This document shows positions 14,149-31,631 of a stretch of 64,000 nt of DNA, piece after piece. The notes beneath the pieces are model-generated. The model was not told the DNA's origin and ran no database searches. It worked only from the letters and a program-made list of their open reading frames with translations. The stretch comes from the human T2T-CHM13v2.0 reference genome, Homo sapiens: the NCBI RefSeq assembly GCF_009914755.1, contig NC_060936.1; one strand, 5' to 3'. Every line of letters starts with the position of its first letter. Positions within the stretch are counted from its first letter, which is position 1. The translations under genes were made by a program, and so were the position numbers.

Positions 14149-16006
14149 ACACATGAGGACCCAAGTGATTACGTTGTGCTTTCTACCCTTATTCTATTTT
14201 CATTCTGAATATTCCATGGATCACACCATTTCTCCCCTGACAGATGCTAGCATGATATGCAAACTCAATACTGGGCAAGAGAAAAACAGAATATTACTAC
14301 CACAGAGGTGGCAGGGAGAAAGACAATAGCAGGTTGGCTGAATTCTACCACTCTACCTTTTACAGCTCATAGCCATTTTCTTTCACTCATTTTCATCTTT
14401 CTTTCTATTTTTCTCTTGCTCTATTTTGCCACTTTCCCCTGTCACTGTTTTCCTTCCTTTTCATCCCCTTCCTAGGGTTAATTATGGAAAATGGCCGTGA
14501 CAGTTAAAAATGAAAGAGACATCACTTAAGATTCTTATAACCCAAAAAGCTCAACAAGCTTGGAGTACTCATATTTACTAACATATATGTTCTTAGTAGT
14601 AGTAGTATTAACAGGTGTATGTCATTATAGTTTACATTTGGGACCACCAAGATTAGACAGAAAGATTAAATGGCAATGAAAATATAAGGCAGAAAAGCAC
14701 AAATTCATATTGTAGCTTCTATTTTCCAAATGTGTTAAAATTGACACAATCAAATTACTACCATTTTCTCACACAGAAAAACTGGGGCTGTGTCCTTGTT
14801 ATTTTCCTTTCCTTAACCAAAATAAAATCTATCACTTAGCTCACAAAGCATTTTTCAATTTGCTGACTTAAATATTTAAAATTGACAGATATGAGTACAG
14901 TTACATATACATACATATACATGTAATATATTTAAAGTTTATTGCTCTCTTTTCTTTTAAGGAAAACAAAACTGAAGATGCATCTTATTTTACAATTCTA
15001 AAGTACTTATGCATTTAAGAGGAATAATATTGTAATAAAGATTTTAATTCTCAAATATAAAACGTTTTATTTCATCTCTGTATCACAGTAACCATCACAT
15101 TTTTAGATATACATAAATAGCAATGACTATTCAAGAAATATTACTGATAAAAATTTCCAATAATTTGACTTTGATATTTTATCATCACTACTCAATTTTT
15201 AATGCTAATCTTTTAGGGCAATCCTATTTTAGAAGCTAATAAACATAAAAGGCAAGCTTTTAGTGGAAACTATGAAGTGAAACAATGTAGTCTGGCTACC
15301 ATTTCTCAGATGCTGTTTAAGAGATAGATGCAGAGCAAATCCCTGATGGCTTTACTCCTGCATCTTCCATGTGTGAGCCAGTTGCTAGGAAACGTGAAAG
15401 ACAGGGATTCAGTAAAAACTGCAGAACAATGAGCTAGCTTAAGAGTTATCTGAATACTAACACATATCCTTCATAAACTGTTGTCAACATTAGAAGACTG
15501 AAGATTACATGTGATGTTTTTCCAGAGAAACTGATTTTGATGTAGTCCCATCTCTTTTGGACTGAAAAACATAATTGAGATACAAGCAAGACTTATTGCT
15601 TATTTAATAGGTCATGAGCCATTAATTGATATAAAAGTGTTATGTTCTTATGTAATGATTAGGAAAATCTTTGCATTCATCTGTAGAAAAGGGTGGAGAA
15701 AATTCAAAAGCCTACAAATATTTCCAAACAACATTGAATTTACTATTCTTTCTAAGAAAACAGACACGTATTTGTTTCTTATCTACTTAAATATCATTTA
15801 AATCTAATTGAAAAGCAAGGAGCAAAGGAAACATACACAGATTTGTTTAATAATAATAATAAAAATTCTCATCATTTAGCTTTAAGAAACAGGTTCTGGT
15901 ATCCACTGAAATAAAATGTAATAACTGTAGACATCTTGCAATCTTCTTTTTCCAGTCAGAAGTTGTACCCATCCTATCAACTTACAGATGATAAAAACTA
16001 ATCTCT

Positions 16007-16465
<459 letters not shown>

Positions 16466-16579
16466 TCACATTACAAACACACACAAACACAAGCATATCT
16501 GTGCATATAGTTTTATGCACATTTCAAATGCACTTCTCAGTTCTTGGGCTTTTCATCTACCTGGGCGTAATAAACAGAA

Positions 16580-16750
16580 AAAGAGCTCTAGAGAGTCAGG
16601 AAATACGGGATCCATGAATTTACTGTGTGACTCTGAGAAAGTACCTTAACTTTTCTGGAAATCGCTTCCTCATCTGAAAATTAAGGGAGTAATGCTAACC
16701 TCTACAGGTTTTTGAGAGGATGAGATAGTGCATGTGCAAGCAACAACAAA
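16580..16750 (+). mobile_element. MIR
   Basis: TACTGTGTGACTCTGAGAAAGTACCTTAAC..TTCCTCATCTGAAAA core. Confidence 0.7.
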
Positions 16751-17034
16751 TAGCACAGAACTGTGTATGAAAAGATAGTACAATTTTCTTATCTATAAAA
16801 TGGTCACTTCAGTGAACAGGCATATCAACAGGACTCAATACTTAAACATCAAAATTAAGCCAACTAAAAAACATTAATGGATAAGTGTCTTCTTCCCCAA
16901 AATTCATACATAAATTAGACTGTGTCATTAATATTAACATCAAAACAATACTTGGTCTGAGTTAACCAGTATGAGAAAGCATGATGCTTTAAAACAAACA
17001 AAACTATAAAAATAATACACGTTGTGCAGGTCTC

Positions 17035-17397
17035 TTTTTTAAAAAGATTTCTATTGATACATAATAATGGTATATATTTATGGGTACGTGTAGTATTCTG
17101 ATACATGCATACAATGTGTAGTGACCAAATCAGGGTGATTAGGATATCCATCACCTTAAACATTTATCATTTGTTTGTGTTGGGTACATTCTAAATCTTT
17201 TCTTCTAGCTATTTCAAAATATAAAATAAATTACCATTAACTATAACCTCCCTACTGTGCTATCAAACACTACACTTTATTCCTTCCACCTCTTCTCATT
17301 TCCCCTCCCCGCTACCCTTCCCATCCTCCAGTAACCACCATTCTACTCTCTACCTCCATGAAGTCCACTCCTTTAGCTCCCATATGAGAACATGTGC
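17035..17397 (-). mobile_element. L1MA-type 3' end
   Basis: ATTGATACATAATAATGGTATATATTTATGGGTAC..CCATTCTACTCTCTACCTCCATGA. Confidence 0.8.
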
Positions 17398-18673
17398 ATG
17401 TCACTTAAAGAGATTTTGAGCTACATGTATTAATTCCTCCAGATTTTTAAGAGTAAAAAAGCATATCAAACTATTAAAGATATAAAAGTAGGCATACAAA
17501 TGCACTATCTCAAATATTGTTGTTTTTGTCTTTTCCATACCAAATGTAGCTTTGACATCTGATATGGTTTGGCTGTGTCCCCACCCAAATCTCATCTTGA
17601 ATTCCCATGTGTTGTGGGAGGGACCTGGTGAGAGGTCATTGAATCATGGGGGGCAGGTATTTTCCATGCTGTTCTCGTGATAGTGAGTAAGTCTCACAAG
17701 ATCTGATAGTTTTAAAAACGGGAGTTTCCCTGCACAAGCTGCCGCTCTTTGCCTGCTACCATCCGTGAAAAACATGACTTGCTCCTCCCTGCCTTCTGCT
17801 ATGATTGTGCGGCTTCCCCAGCTACATGGAACTGTAAGTCCACTAAACCTCTTTCTTTTGTAAATTGCCCAGTCTCAGGTATGTCTTTATCAGAAGCATG
17901 AAAACAAATACAGTACATTGGAGTGGGGCGCTGCTGAAAACATACCAGTTGGAACTCTCTAGAGACTTGTTGAATGGCTTTGCCCACAATGCTGATAGTA
18001 ATATAGACAATGAAACCCAGGTTGAAGTGGTCTCAAATGGAGATGAAGAACTTATTGCGGAATGGAGTAAAGGTGACTCTTGTTATGTTTTAGCAAAGAG
18101 ACTGGCAGCATTTTGCCCCTGCCCTAGAGATTTGTGGAACTTTAAACTTGAGAGAGATGATTTGTGGTATCTAGTGGAAGAAATTTCTAAGCAGCAAAGC
18201 ATTCAAGAGGTGACTTGGGTGCTGTTAAAGACATTCAGTTTTATCAGGGAAGCACAGCATAAAAGTTTGGAAAATTTGCAGCCTGACAATGTGGTAGAAA
18301 AGAAAATCCCATTTTCTGAGGAGAAATCCAAGCCAGCTGCAGAAATTTGCATAAGTAACGAGAAGCCAAATGTTAATCCCCAAGACAATGGGGAAAATGT
18401 CTCCAGAGCATGTCAGAGGTCTTCACAGCAGCCCCTCTCATCACAGGCCAACAGGCCTAGAAGGAAAAAGTGGTTTTGTGGGCTGGGCCCCCCGCCCCAT
18501 GCAGTGTGTAGCCTAGCCACTTGGTGCCCTGTATTCCAGCTGCTTCAGCCATGGCTGGAAGGGGCCAACATAGAGTTCGGGCCGTGGCTTCAGAGGGTGC
18601 AATCTTCAAGCCTTGGCACCTTCTACATTGTGTTGAGCCTGCCAGTGCACAGAAGTCAAAAATCGGGGTTTGG

Positions 18674-20311
<1,638 letters not shown>

Positions 20312-20862
20312 CAGTCTGTCACAAGGGTGGAGCTGCCCAAGGCTGTGGGAACCCACCTTTTGCATCAGCATGACCTGGATGTGAGACATGGAGTCAAAGG
20401 AGATCATTTTGGAGCTTTAAATATTTGGCTGTCTCACTGCATTTCAGACTTGTGTGAGACCTGTAGCCCCTTTGTTTTGGCCAATTTCTCCCGTTTGGAA
20501 TGGCTGTATTTACCCAATGCCTGTACACCCATTGTATCTAGGAAGTAACTAACTTGCTTTTGATTTTACAGGCTCATAGGCAGAAGGAACTTGTTTTGTC
20601 TAGGATGAGACTTTGGACTGTAGACTTTTGAGTTAATGCTGAGATGAGTTAAGACTTTGGAGGACTGTTGGGAAAGCATGATTGGTTGTGAAATGTGAGG
20701 ATATGAGATTTTGGAGGGGCCAGGGGCAGAATGATATGGCTTGGCTGTGTCCCCACCCAAATCTCATCTTGAATTCCCACATGTTGTAGGAGAGACCTGG
20801 TGAGAGAGCACTGAATCATCTGGGCAGGTCTTTCCCATGCTGTTCTCCTGAGAGTAAATAAG

Positions 20863-21952
20863 TGTTGCAGGAAGTTAGGGACCCCGAATGGAGGGACCAG
20901 CTGGAGCCGCAGCAGAGGAACATAAATTGTGAAGATTTCATGGACACTTACCAGTTCCCAAATAATACTTTCATAATTTCTTAGGCCTGTCTTACTTTAA
21001 TCTCTTAATCCTGTCATCTTCATAAGCTGAGGATGTACGTCACCTCAGGGCCACTATGATAATTGTGTTAACTGTACAAATTGATTGTAAAACATGTGTG
21101 TTTGAACAATATGAAATCAGTGCACCTTGAAAAAGAACAGAATAACAGCGATTTTAGGGAACAAGGGAAGACAACCATAAGGTCTGACTGCCCGCGGGGT
21201 CAGGCAAAAAGAGCCATATTTTTCTTCTTGCAGAGAGCCTATAAATGGACGTGCAAGTATGGAAGATATCGCTAAATTCTTTTCTTAGCAAGGAATATTA
21301 ATAATTAATACCCTGGAGAAGGAATGCATTCATGGGGGGAGGTCTACAAACAGCCGCTCTGGGAGTGTCTGTCTTATGCAGTTGAGATAAGGACTGAAAT
21401 ATGCCCTGGTCTCCTGCAATACCCTCAGGCTAATTAGGGTGGGAAAAAAACCTGCCCTGGTAAATTTGAGGTCAGACCAGTTCTCTGCTCTCAAACCCTG
21501 TTTTCTGTTGTTTGTTTATCAAGACAATACGTGCACCGCTGAACATAGACCATTATCAGTAATTCTGCTTTTGCCCTTTGCCTTGTGATCTTTGCATTTG
21601 CCCTTTGTCTTGTGATCTTTTTTGGACCCTTATCAGGAGTTTCTGGTTTTGCCCTTTGCTGTTTCCTCAGAAGCATGTGATCTTTGTTCTCCTTTTTGCC
21701 CTTTGAAGCATGTGATCTTTGTGAACTAATCCCTGTTCTTGTACACCCTCCCCTTTTGAAATCCTTAATAAAACTTGCTGGCTTTAAGGCTCAGGTGGGC
21801 ATCACGGTCCTACCAATATGTGATGTCACCCCTGGAGGCCCAGCTGTAAAATTCCTCTCTTTGTACTCTTTCTCTTTATTTCTCAGCCAGCTGGCACTTA
21901 TGGAAAATAGAAAGAACCTACACTGAAATATTGGGGCCTGTTTCTCCCGATA
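20863..21952 (+). mobile_element. MER11 (A/B-like) solo LTR of HERVK11/HML-8
   Basis: TGTTGCAGGAAGTTAGGGACCCCGAA..TCTCCCGATA; 6-bp TSD AATAAG at 20857-20862 and 21953-21958; AATAAA near 21767. Confidence 0.9.
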
Positions 21953-22390
21953 AATAAGTCTCATGAGATCTGACGGTTTTAAAAATGGGAGCTCCCCTGC
22001 ACAAGCTCTCTTTGCCTGCTGCCATCCATGTAAGCCATGACTTACCCTCCTTGCCTTCTGCCATGATTGGGAGGCTTCCCCAGCTATGTGGTACTGTAAG
22101 TCTATTAAACATCTTTCTTTTGTAGATTGCCCAATCTCAGGTATGTCTTTATCAGCAGCATGAAAATGGACTAATAAACCATTAGCTCTACATTAAAAAA
22201 CAACAACAACAGCAACAAAACCCAAAAACTTACAGGCTGTAACAGGCTATATAATCTGTGAACCTCTACCCTCTACTAAATTTAAACTGAAACTCAATTT
22301 ACATTAAGGTCATCAGGTCTTTTAAGGTGCTTTTCACAGTCCTAATGACCGACACATACACCTGGTAGTGCCAAGCACCTGGGATCTCCA

Positions 22391-22779
22391 TGTAATGGTT
22401 TGCCAGGGCTGCTATAGCAAAGTACCACAGACTGGGTGGCTTAAACAGAAATTTGCTTTCTCACAGTTCTAGAGGCTCAAAGTCCAAGATCATGGCATTG
22501 GCAGGTTTGGTTTTTCTGGAGGCCTCTCTCTCCTTGGCTTGCAGATAGCCACCTTCCCGCAGTATCCCGACATGTTCTTTCCTCTGTGTGTGCAAATCCC
22601 TGGTGCCTCTTCCTCTTCTTATAAGAATCGCAGTTATAGTGATTAGCGTTTACTCATATGACCTCATTTAACCTTAATCATCTCTAAAGGCTCTATCTCC
22701 AAATGTAGTCACATTATAAGGAACTGGGGGTTAGGACTTCAACATATGAATTTGTAGGGGACACAATTTATTACATGAA
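22391..22779 (-). mobile_element. MLT1B-like solo LTR
   Basis: GGGCTGCTATAGCAAAGTACCACAGACTGGGTGGCTTAAAC..GGGGGTTAGGACTTCAACATATGAATTT. Confidence 0.8.
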
Positions 22780-23384
22780 GCCCCACTCACTACTTAATCC
22801 CAGTGGAACAGTAAACACTAAAAAAGGCTAGCTGGCCGGCCAATGAGTGCCACACACAGGCTGCAATGCATTCCCCAATGTCCAAAAGCTCCAGGTCCTC
22901 ACCAAGAGGAGAAATGATAAGAGAGGGCATGGACACTCAGGAGAAATTATTTTAGCATATGTAAACATCAACATGACCAAGCAAACAGGAGTCTCCTGAC
23001 TCACACACTCAATGGATAAGCACTGGTATGTTTAGCTGTTTTCAGAAAGTTTCCTCAACTCTATCTGCTGATGTTAGCATTCACTCAAAGTGGGCCTTAA
23101 CGACAACAAAAAACTGCATTGCCAAAATCCAAACTGGCAGCACATACTGGAGAGGGGAACACAAATAACAAGCCACCCTGTAATTTGTAAATTTTCTTTC
23201 AAAGTGAGCTATAAAAAAGACATTAAAGACACTTCTTGAATATTTCTGATATTGATTTGGAATAAAAAGTCAGGTGAATGGATGTATTTTCACTGTCTTA
23301 GCCTACATGCTGTTATCTTTTCTAAAAATTGCCTTACACCAAAAATAATATCTTTAATTTCCACAGTCTTCACCATTCTTAAAT

Positions 23385-23550
23385 ATTTTTTCATTTCACT
23401 CTCCCAATGACTCTGTGAGGTAGACAAGGCAGGAAAAGATAAAGAAAATGAAACTTGGTAGTTAAATGACTTGCCCAAGGTCACAGACTAAGAACTGAGG
23501 GAATCAGAATGAGAATGCAAGTCTTCTGACATCTAAGTCAGCACTCTTTA
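23385..23550 (-). mobile_element. MIR
   Basis: GTTAAATGACTTGCCCAAGGTCACA core. Confidence 0.65.
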
Positions 23551-24059
23551 TTCTTGGGACTTAATGACATTCAAGGCACTGAAACTATGATCTTGCAAAA
23601 TTCACTTCACTTAGCACCACTGGGATGTAAAAGTCTATAAATAAAATTAAATGTGCATAATCACAAAGTGAATTTGTTCTGAATAAAAATAATTCTATTT
23701 CTTCAATAAATATGACATTTCTAAGTTATCAATCATCCCAATGAAAATTTTAGAAGCAGCATTTTCGTTGATAATTTATTTCACTAGGATAAATAACTGG
23801 GTAAACATAATAAAGTTTCAAAGCAAGAAAATCAATTTCCATAATTAATAATACAAAGCAAAATTTAACCTAGCAAATAGATGATTTTATTAAGTAGGTG
23901 ATCTTACTGGTCTACCACACACATTTTCACTAGGCTGTAAACATTTCTCCAACTAACAACTGAAATTAAGGAAAACAAATGAATCATTGGATGACTTTAA
24001 ATAATCAGGTTTAAGAAAAACATGCTTATTGAAAACCAACTATCTAAACGTCAACTACA

Positions 24060-24285
24060 ATAAAAAATTGTTGTATTGGGCACTTATTATGCGCCAGCCT
24101 AAGAACTTTGTGTGCACTGCCTCACTCAGTCCTCATAATTATCCTATAGTGGGTACTTTTTCATACTCATTTTACAAATGAAGAGACAATAGTGAAGTTA
24201 AGTAATGTATCCAACAACAACATTTAAAAAGTGGCAAAGTCCCAATTCACACCCAGCTCTGTTTGACTCCAAAGTCTGTATTACA
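24060..24285 (-). mobile_element. MIR
   Basis: GCACTTATTATGCGCCAG..CATTTTACAAATGAAGA..TGTTTGACTCCAAAG. Confidence 0.7.
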
Positions 24286-25739
24286 CATCTCTCTAATGCC
24301 TTGATCCCAAATACAAAGAATAATGAATGAATTGCCTATCACAACTGAAAACAGACTGAAAGATGGGCTCAGAAAGCAACAAAATAAATAAAATCTGTAA
24401 GCAATATGCACTATTAAACATGAAATGAATGAATGAGGTCATGGAATTTCCTCTAAAAGTCTTTTAAAAAGGAACAAATGATCTTCAATTCAAATTCTTT
24501 CATGCAGCAAAACTACTCAGCACATGTCATGAGCTAGGAACTCTCTTAGGTCCTTGAGACTCTGAGAATAATATGACACAATCCATCCCCGTGAAGGGTT
24601 CAAAGTCCACTGAGGAAGGTAAAGACACAGAGGAAGTTTTAAAAGGCATTAATATGGATGATGGCATAGGCTAAGGTTACAAAAATGCCTAGCATGTATG
24701 GGGCTCTGATTTCTAGGGTATGGCTGAGTATAGTGTATATTCCCCTAAAAAAAAAAAAATGGGAGAAGGAACTTCATAAAGCTGCTTTTCACTCTCCTTG
24801 ACAGCCAGTGACATAATGATATTTTGTTAGCCAAAAAAAGCAAACTAGGGGTTAATAATTTACATCCATGATTTGTACACTGGAAAGGAGCCCTCACGCT
24901 AGGCGTATTGGTCACTGGCTCAGTGCCCTGCTCTGTGCTCCACAACCACCCTCTCCCCTGGTGAATAATAATGCCATCATAATGGACTGGGACAGGGAGA
25001 GATGTTTGGGAACCACTCCTGTAAATATGGACATTTATACAGTTCACCCAACACAACTATGTAAATTAAAACAGTTATATAATCAGGAATAAAGTTAATT
25101 TTTTAAAAAGCAATACCTATTGAGAAGGAGTTTATGAATTATGCTAGCCTCAACTTCCACTTCAAAAAGAATAGTATATGAATTACCCTATTTAACAACT
25201 AGAATCTTAAATTTCAATGCATATCATTTTTAATGCAGTGCTAGCTTATTAAAATTATAACGATTATCTCCAAGGACCAAGGAAGAGGAGAGACAAAAAC
25301 AACACTTAACCAAAAAGTGAGTGGGCGCTGATGGCAATAACAAAACTCAACCGTCAGAGGTGCCCCATAGACAAATATTTTTAAATGTTCTTGAATCTAT
25401 AAATCTAAGCCTTGGATATGCTATATCGTGGGGTAGCTAAATCTGTTGGTTCCCTATCAACGTGTATTACTGAAGGGACTAATGACATGCCAGGCCCCTA
25501 ATATGCCTTAACCCCTGTTCTATAAAAAAGCAAGTCATCTCCAAGGAGAAGAAACACTCAAGAGGTATCATCGTGGGTTTTTTTTTTCAATACATTTAGA
25601 AATGTATTGAATTTTTAATTTATTACAAAGTACCAGACATTTTTTCTCATTCTCTCATATAATACCACACACAAAAATTCTACAAAATGGGAGTATTATT
25701 CCCTTTCTGTAGATGAGGACACCGAAGCACAGAAAGTTT

Positions 25740-25912
<173 letters not shown>

Positions 25913-25934
25913 AATTGCTCCCAAAAAACACAAA

Positions 25935-26480
<546 letters not shown>

Positions 26481-26599
26481 AGCACAGACTGGGCAATGAG
26501 TAAAGGACAGATTTTTTTTTTTTTTTCACAGTTCTAGAGGCTAAAATGTCGAAGATCATGTTACTAGCCTCTGGTTTTCAAGATGGCACCTTAAACACT

Positions 26600-26960
26600 T
26601 TTGGCTCCCCAAAAGCTTAACTACGAATAGCCCACTGTTAACTGGGAGCCTTATCAATAACACAAACAGTTGATTAATATATATTTTTAAGTCATATGTA
26701 CTATATACTGTATTCTTACAATAAAGTAAGCTAGAAAAAAGAAAAAGTTTTTAAGAAAATCATAAGAGAGAAAAATATATTTTCTATTCAATGAGTAGAA
26801 GAGGGATTATCATACAGGTCTTTATCCTTATTGTCTTCACACTGAGTAGGATGAGGAAGAGGAGGCAGAGGAGGGGTTGGTCTTGCTGTGTCAGAGGTGG
26901 CGGGGGAAGAAAATCCACCTGTAAGTTCAAACCCATGTTGTTGGAGGGTCATCGGTACTG
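26600..26960 (+). mobile_element. Tigger2a/MER28-like fragment
   Basis: CTTAACTACGAATAGCC..AATAAAGTAAGCTAG..GTTCAAACCCATGTTGTT. Confidence 0.75.
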
Positions 26961-27437
26961 CCTAACCCTACCTTATCTGTAATCACTTACCAGCACTGCT
27001 GACAAAGACACATTTTTGCTAGAAACAAATTAGCAAGAGAAATTAGGGGTGAAAACATTAAACTTTTGAGATTTTTCAAAATTATTGAAGAGTTAAAGAA
27101 AAAGGGGCCTGTAGCTACAGTATGAAGAGACCTCTAAACTAATCTGTGTACTTTATACTTCACAGAATAGAGGAAGGGAAGAATGAAGTTCATTTGAAGT
27201 GTCCCCAGGTGAGCCACAACAAATCCCTCATCCAGAGGTACAACTACCCTTTAGTATTAGTGCAGGCATCTGGAGGCTCCTAGTAATGCTTAATGATAGC
27301 TTACAAAGGGTATGTGGGTGTGTATCTGGTGGGTAGTGGAGTATGGTGATCACTTAAACTAAAAGGAAGTTTAAGAGACCAACTCAGAAAGTAAGATCCT
27401 AAATCAGTGGTTCTCAAAGAGTGATACCTAAATCTGA

Positions 27438-27621
27438 AGTGGTTCTCAAAGGGCAGTCCAAAAAAGCAGCACTGGCATCACCTGAAACTTGCTAGAAATG
27501 CAAATTCTTAGGCCTCCCGTTAGACCTACTGATTCAGGGTTCTGTGCATGAAGCCCAGTAATCTATGTTTTAATAGGGTCTCTTGCCACTGATTCAGATG
27601 CATGCTAATTAGGAACCACTG
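27438..27621. mobile_element. MER5A
   Basis: Terminal inverted repeats AGTGGTTCTC..GAACCACTG; internal GCTAGAAATGCAAATTCT. Confidence 0.8.
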
Positions 27622-27666
27622 CTCTAAAATCCACTAAGTGGCAGTGTGCCACCAAAAGGCTATACG

Positions 27667-27746
27667 ATTTTATATCAGAGACTTGAGCAATCACAGATTT
27701 TGGTATCTGAGGGGTATCCTGGAATCAAGCCCCCGTGGATACCAAA
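27667..27746 (+). repeat. 80-bp copy of 26391-26470
   Basis: 78/80 identical by manual alignment. Confidence 0.93.
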
Positions 27747-29096
27747 GGCTATTTTAAGTCCGTGGTTCTCAACCTTGGCTGCATATGTGTATAATTAAGA
27801 AGCTTCCAACGTAAGGCCCTACCTCAGAGAATCTGATTTCACAGTTTTTGCTTCTTCCAATGATCAGCCAAGGTTGAGAATCACATTTCTAGATGATTTA
27901 ATAATTTCAATCAAACAGGGTTAAAATTTGAAAAAGAAAAACAGTACATGAATGTTTTAAGTCTAAACATACTCAACTTCCCACCATATGAGTATAAATT
28001 AATAACCCCATACAGTCAGCTAATACTTAGGCAAAATACAAAATTGAAATTAATAACGCAGGATTAAAATGAAACCTAAATGTTTACAGGAGCTCACTGG
28101 GAAAACATAAGAATACAATATTATTTTTTTCCAAAAAGAAATTTTGAAATGTATAAGCTGTAACAGAGTGGCAAGAATACTTGACTTTGTATCTCAGGTA
28201 TATCTGGGCAAGAGATTTGCCTCTGTCTTCTATCAGCTGTAACATTTTGGTTAATTTTATTTTTCTTTCCTTAGCCTCCACTTCTCCTCCAGAAAACAGT
28301 CAATAATATGAATCTCTATCAAAGAGATGTGGTAAGGATTAAACAAAACAAAGCATGTAAAGCATTTGCCACCATAACTGGCACATAGTTTATGTTCATT
28401 AAATGTAAGCTTATTAGTAAGAAAATTATGTTAAAATGAAAATATAGTAACAAAATAATGAATAAATTCTAAGAGTCAGGTAAAATTTCTTTCTAATAGT
28501 CTAAGCAAAGAAAAAGAGGTATTAAGACAATAACAGTAGTAAAGATTTAGGTGAAGGTCTCCATATCAGAAGTGCAGGAAGCAAGTACAGTTAGATATAA
28601 ACATTGTACTCACTTCCCTTATCCTCCTATCAATGGAAGCAATCCCACCTGTTCACTCAAGTCTCTCTGGAGAAAAAGTGGTTTACAAGAATAAACCCAT
28701 GTCTACAGTGTCGGCTAGACAGATCTCAAATACACATAACAAATTCATACTCTCTGCTGCCAAGATCATATTTTTAATTCCTTCATAAATTTAATCATTA
28801 ATAATATAAAGAAATTCCCATTTGAGTATTTGTAATGCTAGCAGATGCACACTTACTTCTGATTCTTCCAGTTTCCAGCAATGGGTCACTAATCAGTTTA
28901 TTTATTTATAAAGAAGATGAGCCACATCTTTTAATTAGCTAACAGTCATGTGTGTTCAACTTTCGTTTCTTTCTTTCTTACTAAAGTTGACCCAGTATAA
29001 GAATTTCTTGAAACTAATGAGCCCCTCCCACCTTTGCTCTGTGGCTGAGAGAAGTGCCCAATGTGAAGTGGGCACATAGATGCTGCGAGAAGGGAA

Positions 29097-29194
29097 CTCA
29101 TTCATAATTTTCTATTAGAAACAGTGATGGAATTGCAGAAACTTTTGTTTCCTTATACATTAGGTTATTTGTCATATTTTCTATAAAAAACTTG
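29097..29194 (+). repeat. 98-bp segment, copy 1 (identical to 31767-31864)
   Basis: 98/98 identical by manual comparison. Confidence 0.95.
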
Positions 29195-30223
29195 CATTAC
29201 TTTTAAAGATTCAAAATTTTAAGCACACGGTCTAGTAAGTATATGAAAGAAGAATCAGTAAATAGTTCAAGAATAGTATAAATATTCTAAAACTTCATAA
29301 GTTCTTTTTTGCTATCCAAAAAAAAGCCACACAAAATTAATTGACTGTCCACCAAACTATTTTATTTACAATTGCTGCTGAAAACAACTTTAAAACTTTT
29401 TTTTAAAAAAGGTCATTACTATTTTAAAATTAAGCATAATCCCAGAACTAGACTCACATAGTTTTTAAATGATGATGGAAAAGGGTATCCTTATATAGTA
29501 CATTGAAGAGTGTATACTGTTCTAATAAGATAAGCTTTGTTTTGAATTCTTAGTTCTTCTATTTCCTAACAGGGTAAACTTGGGCAAGATTGTTAACTTC
29601 TCTATCAATTTTTACAACTATAAAATGATAATAGTTCACATTTTAGTTATTTGGCTTGCTGTAAGAATTAAAAGAAAAAAATATGGCACAATACCTCACA
29701 CATAGAAGCCATTAAATATGAGTGGTAGCATAATTATTCAAAGGAAGAAACACTATTCAAAGAAGGAAGATATCGTTTACCAGCCTTAAAGATTCCATAC
29801 ATGGAAAAACGCCTTATCTATATTACTTTTATAATATACAATGGGTTTTACGGGAAAACCCAGATTTAAAATATAAGCACTTTCTACTTCTGAGGTAGAG
29901 TCTGAGGTAATTAAACAGCATCAAAAGATTCAACTAGTTTAAACCAACATATGTATAATTCTGAACTAATCAGCATCTCAAAACATTTAAGGATTTTTTT
30001 TAAAAAACCTATCCAGATTTTTTAAAATTTTAGACTAAATATAGTAACACACCTGCTAAAATGATTCCTTATAACAACATTCTCTTATCTGAAATTCTGT
30101 TAATAAAAGTAGAACAGAGAAGCCAAAAAGATTTTACTAAGGCATAAAAAGCAGCAGGGTGGTGGTGATGACAGGAAGCTCCAGGGTCAAGATACCAAAT
30201 GTTAAGAGTATGGAGAAACAATT

Positions 30224-30524
<301 letters not shown>

Positions 30525-30699
30525 AAGAGTATGGAGAAACAATTAAACTAATCCTTCATATTGTAAGATGATACCTGAGCTTTGATTTCTAAAAGGTTGT
30601 GATTCGATGACTTCCAGCCAATATACTTTGAAGCTTAGAAAGAAATTACCATGGAAACAAATGAACTAAAATAACACTATAACACCATGAGATAAATGG

Positions 30700-31170
30700 T
30701 TGTGCACAATTCTACTTCTAGATATCTACCCTAGAGAAACACACATACATGTGCTCAAGAAAACATATACAAGGATGTTCATTACAGCACTGTTTATGAT
30801 ACCCCCAAATGTAATGCCTATTAATAAAAGAACACATAAACAGAATGTGACATTCCATATCTGGAATATCACAGAGAAGTTTAAAGGGATGGACTAGATT
30901 TATATAAGATCTGACTCAAATCAACTCAACTTGAAAGAAAGCAAACAAGTAACTTAATAATACATGCATTATGATACTATTACCATAAAAATTCTCTAGG
31001 TGTGTTTGTGTGTGTGTGTCTGGAAGAATATTCCCCAAATCTGTTATGGCCAGCAGTAGAGCAGAGAGGTATAAAATGCGTGGGATCAATGTGATGGGCA
31101 AAGAGGAATTTAGCTTTATCTGTCCTGTTCTAACCCTCCAAAGGGAGGCTGAATTTATTTATTGTTAACT
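30700..31170 (+). mobile_element. Old L1ME fragment
   Basis: Translation ILLLDIYPRETHIHV..TRMFITALF resembles the ORF2 C-terminus. Confidence 0.65.
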
Positions 31171-31316
31171 TAAACTAATTAAAGAAGAAAAATGCCTGAA
31201 ATCTTTGATCATAAATGATGAAAACATTTTACTAGCCAAATAGAATGTTTATGGCTTTAAACTGTTAGATAATATCTATAATATTGTGACTATTAATAGG
31301 AAATAGAACATTAAGG

Positions 31317-31631
31317 TTTTTTTGTTTGTTTGTTTTTGTTTTTTGAGACTGGGTCTTATTCTGTCACCTAGGCTGGAGTACAGTGGCAATGGTCATGGCT
31401 CACTACAGCCTTGACTCCCTGGGCTCAAGCAATTGTCCCACTTCAGCCACCCGAGTATCTGGGGCTTCAGGCATGTGCCACCACACCCAGCCAATTTTTT
31501 AAAAAACTTTTACAGAGACAAGGTCTCACTATGTTGCCCAGGCTGGTCTTGAACTCCTGAGCTCAAGCAATCCTCGAGCTTTGGCCTCCCCAAAAGTGCT
31601 AGGATTACAGGCATGAGCCATCATGCCTGGC
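31317..31631 (-). mobile_element. AluJ
   Basis: CATGGCTCACTACAGCCTTGAC..GGGCTCAAGC, AluJ-type diagnostics. Confidence 0.9.

Noticed and set aside
13423-14329. Two ORFs sharing MGGGPKQ..SSLYSKESTH, suggesting paralogous peptides
   Set aside because: They are the two arms of the inverted repeat; no coding evidence.
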